A stretch of DNA of 64,000 nt from NCBI RefSeq assembly GCF_009914755.1, contig NC_060943.1. One strand, written 5' to 3'. Below the pieces are notes generated by a model. The model searched no databases, had not been told where the DNA came from, and saw only the letters and a list, made by a program, of their open reading frames with translations. Position 1 is the stretch's first letter; every line of letters starts with the position of its first letter. The translations under genes were made by a program, and so were the position numbers. Below are positions 57,243 to 64,000 of this stretch, in pieces. The stretch comes from the human T2T-CHM13v2.0 reference genome, Homo sapiens.

Positions 57243-57387
57243 GTCACTCCCACAGAGGAGGGCTTGAGGGTCCTGACCCAGCTGGTGGCCACCTACCCCC
57301 AGGGCTTTGTGAGGTGGTTGGGCCCCATCACTCCCATCATCAACTTGTGCCACCCTGACATCGTCCGATCTGTCATCAATACCTCAG
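57243..57387 (+). CDS. CYP4F8: CYP4F8 exon 3 (145 nt)
   Basis: VTPTEEGLRVLTQLVATYPQGFVRWLGPITPIINLCHPDIVRSVINTS, AG/GT boundaries. Confidence 0.96.
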
Positions 57388-57925
57388 GTACTCCTGCAGA
57401 GCTTGTGGTGGTGGGCACAGGAGAACATTGGAGGGCTTCTAGATCTCATCCCCAAAGCTTCTGTGCAGCTCTTGTAGTACTCAGCCCCTTCCTTCCTGCT
57501 TCTCTCTCAGCCACCTTCCTCTTTCCTTCCTGTAGTCACCAACCCCAACCTCAGTGTCTTTTCTCTCTGCTGCCATCTTCCCCACCTCCGTGTTGTTCTG
57601 GGAACCACTGGGGCCCCGAGAAGCCTTAATCCAAGGCCCTGTCCTGGAGGAATCCCCAAACTTGAAGAGATGGAGCAGTACAGAGACATCCCCAACTTCA
57701 TGGGGTTCAGAATGGGCCAGGAGGAGATAGGCTGTGACAGAGCATAGGAGAACAAGGTTTCTACTGGGGCAGGCTGGAAGGCTTCCTGGAGGAGGAGTAG
57801 CAGGAGCTGGGTGTGGAACGATGAGTGATAATTTTTTTTTTAAAGCAGGGGCAGGGTGATGCAGTGGGCATTGTTAGTATTCAAGGCTCCGGGCCAGGCT
57901 TGGCATTGGCCTTGTCCTTCTGCAG

Positions 57926-58082
57926 GCCCAGAGCAAGGACAAGAAGATGAGAAGGAGTTGTGGTTGGTGGAAGATCTAGGCTGCTATTTCCATGACATTC
58001 ACCTCTTGTGGGTCGATTCCTTCTAATCCCATCCTGTGGCACTTCCACCATATGCTCATTGCCCTCTTGCTCCAGGCCCCAG
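57926..58082 (+). pseudogene. Dead second (CYP4F3A-type) alternative exon in CYP4F8 intron 3
   Basis: From 57946 reads DEKELWLVEDLGCYFHDIHLLWVDSF, then a 1-nt insertion (TAA), then PILWHFHHMLIALLLQAP; aligns to the pseudogene exon 10858-11002. Donor GT>GA at 58083-58084; acceptor CAG intact. Confidence 0.85.
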
Positions 58083-58732
58083 GAATCTCCAATAGGAGAC
58101 ACCACCCCAGCCTGGAGCCGTACCCTTGCCCTCTGCCCTTCCCATCTTTGGACAGGCCAGGGAGAGCAGCAGAAGGGGTATCACGCCACAGAGACCATGG
58201 CTCAGGCCCCAAAATGCTGAGTGACTCTGGGCAGGTCCACGGCTCTCTATGGGTGCTGAGGTGTCTTTCCATTGTGAGTGGTAGAAACTCAACCCCACGC
58301 AGTCTAAGCCATTAAAGAGAAGCTATTGACTGCAACATCCAGGGAGGTTGGCCTTCAGGCACAACTGGATCCAGGTCTCACCTAATATCATCAGAATTCT
58401 GTCTTTAACTCTTATTCTGTAAATGTGTTTTGTAGAGTGTTGACTTATGCTTGGGTGTTGCAGAACATGTTGGACCATGTAGGAGCCATGTCAAGACATG
58501 CTGGGTGTGCTGTACCATGTCAGGGTGTATCATTGCTCTATAGTGTTGTTGCAGCCTAGTCCGGTCCCCTTTATGCCCCCCACCCTCCTTTCTTCTTCTG
58601 CCCATGGCCTCCTTCCTGCTATGCTGGGCTTGGAGAAAAGACGTCCAAACCTCTGGCTGGGAGCCACCCTCCATACCCAAAGTCCCTCCTCTATTCCTCT
58701 CCATGGACCCTGATGGTCCTCATTCATGTCAG

Positions 58733-58786
58733 ATGCCATTACAGACAAGGACATAGTCTTCTACAAGACCCTGAAGCCCTGGCTGG
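58733..58786 (+). CDS. CYP4F8: CYP4F8 exon 4 (54 nt)
   Basis: [23 protein letters not shown] boundaries. Confidence 0.95.
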
Positions 58787-58877
58787 GTAAGTAACTGTAG
58801 GTGGACGGGACGGGGACCAACTTTTGTGGCCAGGGGAAGATTCTGCCCTTGCCCACAGCCTTTGGCTGCCGTACTAG

Positions 58878-59005
58878 GGGATGGGCTCTTGTTAAGTGTT
58901 GGTGACAAGTGGAGACACCACCGTCGCTTGCTGACGCCTGCCTTCCATTTCAACATCCTGAAGCCCTATATAAAGATTTTCAGCAAGAGTGCAAACATCA
59001 TGCAT
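58878..59005 (+). CDS. CYP4F8: CYP4F8 exon 5 (128 nt)
   Basis: [43 protein letters not shown] (WxxxR motif). Confidence 0.96.
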
Positions 59006-60546
59006 GTGAGTGCCTTGAACTCAGCATCCCAGCTGCAGCCTTGGGGTGGAGGGATCACATACAATTGGGTCTGGAATGTTGGCTCTCCTGGGTGGGTTTG
59101 GGGCCATTGCTCTTCCTCTCTGTGCCTTGATTTCCCCATGAGGCTAATAATCCTCACTAAAAGGTGGTAGGAGCATGTGGACTCATGTCTCTGACACTTA
59201 GTAGGTGGTCAGAAGGAGTCAATTTCCACATTTTTCTCACAGAAGCCCTGTAAACTCAAGAAAGGAATGATGACACGTGCATAGTAGTCATTGCTGAGTA
59301 CAGATCACTTCAAAACTAATTGGTTTAGAGCAATAAGGGTTTATATTTGCTGACAAATCTGTGGGACTGTTGGCCAGCCCTTCTGCATGTGGATAGGATC
59401 CCTCATGGTATAAGAGCAGCTGTGGGTCAGGTAGGCAGCTTTGCTTGTGCCAGCTCAGTTCTCTCACATATTTGGAGCTTTGCTGGCTTCTGGCTGATTT
59501 AGGATGGCCTCAGCTGGGACACCTGGACTTTTCTCCATGTGATTCTCTGCCTCTAGACGACATCCCAGGATTGCTCACATGGCAGAGACAGGATTCCAAG
59601 GCAGTGAGAGGAGGATACAATGCTTCTCACTAGTTATTATTATTTATTTTATTTTTGAGATGAAGTCTCGCTTTGTCTCCCAGGCTGGAGAGCAGTGGTG
59701 CGATCTTGGCTCTCTGCAACCCCCGCCTCAAGCAATTCTCCTGTCTTAGCCTCGCGGGTAGATGGAATTACAGGCGCCCACCACCATGCCCAACTAATTT
59801 TTTGTATCTTCAGTAGAGACAGGGTTTCACCATGTTGGGCAGGCTGGTCTTGAACTCCTGACCTCAAGTGATCTGCCCTCCTCGGCCTCACAAAGTGCTG
59901 GAATTACAGGCATGGGCTGCTGCACCCAGTCAACTTCTCACTAGTTATGGCCTTATCATTTTCACCACATTCTATTGGCCAAAAAAAGTAAAACGTCCAC
60001 CATGAATCAATGTGGGGCAAAATAGGCTCCATCTCTTAATGGAAGTTGCTAAAAAATCACATTGCAAAAGATGTGGATGCAGGGAGAAGAGAAGAAATGG
60101 AGCCAAGCGTTTTGTGAAATGACTAGGATTTTTTTTTCTCCTGTGAGCTAATAAATTAGCTTGTTACTTTTGCATGGATTCTGCCAGAAGACACGAGACT
60201 TCTGGGTCAAAGGCAAAAGTTTATTACTCATGTCTCAGCAAGTGGCATGTGCATCTTGTTGGTTTGGATCCTTTCTCTAAGCCACCCAAATTCCCTGGGG
60301 TGATAAGGTGGGCTTCTATAGATGCCTGCCATGTAGTATATTTGCATGATGGGGAGGAGCATTAGGCTTAGAGAATCAGCTTTTAGAGCAAGCAGAATAA
60401 GCCTAACGTGTGTCCCAGAGGAGCCATTACCTTATACCCCAAGGCTGTTCTCTGCAAACACAATGCTGAGAAATAGCCCAGATTAAGAACCTCAGGGTTT
60501 ACCGGGTGTGGTGGCTCATGCTTGTAATCCCAGCACATTGGTATCA

Positions 60547-60984
<438 letters not shown>

Positions 60985-61458
60985 TTAATTTACACCGCCT
61001 TGTGAAGTAGAGGATATTTTCCACCCTCTCCCCCATGCCATGACAAATGGTGAAACTGAGGGCCAGAGAGGTTAGAGAGATTTCCCAAGTTCACCCAGCT
61101 TGTCAGTGAGTCTAAGAGTGGGGGAAAAGGGGTTCTAGCCTGGCTCCCTGGCATCAAAGCAGGTCATCTTGATTGCTATTGAGGATTTGACAGGTGAGAC
61201 CTAGAGGAGGGCTGTGAGTTGACCAAGGGTACACACAGCTTAGGAATCACAGCTGGGGCTTGAACCCAGCCATGGGATCTTCATCTCCTAATAGTAACAG
61301 CTTCCACTCTCACCCAAGCGTAGTCCTCCCTGAGGATGGGGGTCTGGGACAGAAAACCAGGAGCATGCCTCTGGGGGAGTCCATCCTGGTGGTTGGGGTT
61401 GCAGGGGGACTCAGAGGAGCCAAGGCCTGGCCCCAGCCCTGCTCCCTTCTCTGGCCAG

Positions 61459-61580
61459 GCCAAGTGGCAACGCCTGGCCATGGAGGGCAGCACCTGTCTG
61501 GATGTGTTTGAGCACATCAGCCTTATGACCCTGGACAGTCTGCAGAAATGCATCTTCAGCTTTGACAGCAATTGTCAGGA
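61459..61580 (+). CDS. CYP4F8: CYP4F8 exon 6 (122 nt)
   Basis: [41 protein letters not shown]. Confidence 0.96.
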
Positions 61581-62344
61581 GTGAGTTCTTGCCCAGGGCC
61601 TGGGAACATGGGATGGAGTGGGGGTGTGGGTGTGGGGAGAGCAAAGCCCAGGGAGACAAGAAGAGCCTTCCTGGAGAGATGATGAGAACTAGGCATTGAA
61701 GGACAAAGAAGGAGAGAAGGAGAGAGAGAGAGAGCGAGAGAAAGAGAAGTTTCCTCCAAACAAGTGGAACTGTTTGGGTCAAGGCAAGGAGGCTAAGATG
61801 AACAGAGCATGTGCAACAGGCAGTTGGGAGACACTTGGAAATGAAGGTGGAGGGGTTGGCAGTTAACTAGATCTTAAGGATCTTGAAAAGTCAGACAAAG
61901 GGAGATGCATTTTATCCAAGGTTCCTAAGGAGCCATGGAGGTGTTTGAGCAGATGAGAGACATGGTCAGTACTGAGCTTGGACACTGGACTCTATGGGAC
62001 TCTATGGAAGATTGACTGTCATGTAGACACAGCATGCAAGGATGCCAGGGAGAGGAGGTCTGAGTTTGGTGGAGAAAATGGGGCAGATTTGGGAGAAACT
62101 GAGTAATAATAGGCAGGAGCAGATGTTTTATAAGACAGAGAGAGGAGATGCCCATGATGGCCAAGCTGTGCCCTGGGGACCTGGGGCAGGAGGCAGCTCA
62201 CAGAGAGTGGGAGGCAGAGAGTGAAGTGCGCTTGCAGGACACCCCTTTCTGCATGGAATGTGGTCCTGGGATTCTGGCTGGAAGGTGCTCCCAGGCTTTC
62301 ATGTGGGTAAGGAGCTGCTTCCTCTCTCTGGACTGGCCCTGCAG

Positions 62345-62615
62345 GAAGCCCAGTGAATATATTACTGCGATCATGGAGCTCAGTGCCCTTGTAGTGAAAC
62401 GGAATAACCAGTTCTTCCGGTACAAGGACTTCCTGTACTTCCTCACTCCCTGTGGACGGCGCTTCCACAGGGCCTGCAGACTGGTGCACGACTTCACAGA
62501 TGCCGTCATCCAGGAGCGGCGCCGCACCCTCACTAGCCAGGGTGTTGATGACTTCCTCCAAGCCAAGGCCAAGTCCAAGACTTTGGACTTTATTGATGTG
62601 CTCCTGCTGAGCGAG
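62345..62615 (+). CDS. CYP4F8: CYP4F8 exon 7 (271 nt)
   Basis: [44 protein letters not shown]...[11 protein letters not shown]. Confidence 0.96.
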
Positions 62616-62938
62616 GTGGGCCTCTCTGGGATCTGAATTCAAGAGGTAAAATGGAGCTTCAGGTCAAATGTCAGATTGAAGGACCGGACTTGATACAGAG
62701 GGCACTAAGGAGCCATGGAAGGTGCTCGAAGAAGGGAGGGACAAGTCAGATAAATTTTAGAGGTGATTGCATAGAAAGCTTCCTGGGAAGAACAAACAGG
62801 AGGTCGGAAGGAAGCATGTGGGGGTAGATCTGGAGGTGACAAGGGAGGGATCCTTCTGGGATAATGGGTCTTCAGAGACTGTTTCAGTTTAGACTCCAGT
62901 GACCCCAGAACTAGTGTGATTGGGGTTCTTGTCTCCAG

Positions 62939-63005
62939 GATAAAAATGGTAAAGAGTTGTCAGATGAGGACATAAGAGCAGAAGCTGACACTTTCATGTT
63001 TGGAG
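62939..63005 (+). CDS. CYP4F8: CYP4F8 exon 8 (67 nt)
   Basis: [23 protein letters not shown] (I-helix, Gly328). Confidence 0.96.
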
Positions 63006-63197
63006 GTGAGTGTCCCAGTCTGGGGCTACAGTGGGGACAGGGGTCTCTCCACTCCAGGGAAGTGGAGGGCCGGCCCTGAATCACTTCATTCTGCCCAACC
63101 TCCCCCTCCCCTCAACCTTCCTGAGAGCCTCAATGTATGGGCGCTGTCCACCCTCTGGGTGCTGAAGCAGCCCAGAGACTCAAGCCTGCCTGGCTGA

Positions 63198-63335
<138 letters not shown>

Positions 63336-64000
63336 TGAGTGCAGGTGCTGGTGGCTCTGCCTTTCTGCCTTTCTGAGTCCTTCTCGTTGGTTCTTCTCCC
63401 CAGGTGGGGGAAAAGGGGAGGATCTTTTTGATGATTCTGCCATTGTTGCCTAGTGGGAATAGGAGTAGAGCCCAGAAACAGGCTAGCAAGGGTAACATTG
63501 CATGCTTTGGGGACAGAATGGTCTGGGAGTCCATATTTATTTCCCCACTAACTTGGTATGCAAGCTTAGTAAAATCAATTCCCTTTTCTGAACAACTTTT
63601 CTCCTTTGTAAATTGGGGGTGTGGGGAATTGCTGTCCCACAGGGCTGCTTGGAGAATTAACGGCAAAAACCGCAATGACTTTTGGACCAATCTAATATTA
63701 TGATTTATCAAAACATTCTCTTATCAACGCGTGTTTTTATACTTTCCAGCCTTTTGGTATAAAAGACATGATGTGTTGAATATCGGTGTACGATGATCAT
63801 TGCTGACATGTCATCTTTGTAGAGCAGATTCCTAGAAGTGCAACTGCTGAGCCAAAGACCATTTGAGTTTTACAATTCAATAGCTCTTGGGAAATCTACT
63901 GCTATACACAGATTTTGAGAATACCAAATTTCCTCATAACCTCCCCAGAAGTGCCTATTATGAAACTAAAACATTTGCCAATCTGATAGATGCAATATAA

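Overview
Primate (almost certainly human) genomic DNA from the CYP4F cytochrome P450 cluster. Gene identity and order match chr19p13.12 as I recall it. On the + strand: (1) a complete unprocessed CYP4F pseudogene (about 2.6-23.8 kb, most likely CYP4F23P). All 12 coding exons have canonical sizes and no frameshifts, but there is a TGA at codon 61, two AG>GG splice-acceptor losses and a Gly>Val change in the heme signature. (2) A repeat-dense spacer holding an orphan CYP4F intron-2 relic, a 16.4-kb degenerate ERV1 provirus with nested insertions (twin-primed L1PA, LTR12C, Alus) and an RPL23A retrocopy with an open reading frame. (3) Exons 1-9 of CYP4F8, from 54.3 kb to the window end. Main observation: both genes carry the tandem pair of 145-nt exons that CYP4F3 splices mutually exclusively, and they have lost opposite members. 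The pseudogene kept the second exon, CYP4F8 kept the first, and the dead copy is still readable in each. Other oddities are locally templated insertions, three of them offset by about 1.23-1.25 kb, an apparent 10-nt swap inside the L1, a TEAD/Inr/YCAY-rich minisatellite in CYP4F8 intron 2 and a tailless 5S retrocopy. All alignments and repeat-family calls were made by eye against recalled consensus sequences. No prokaryotic-type system such as CRISPR is present.
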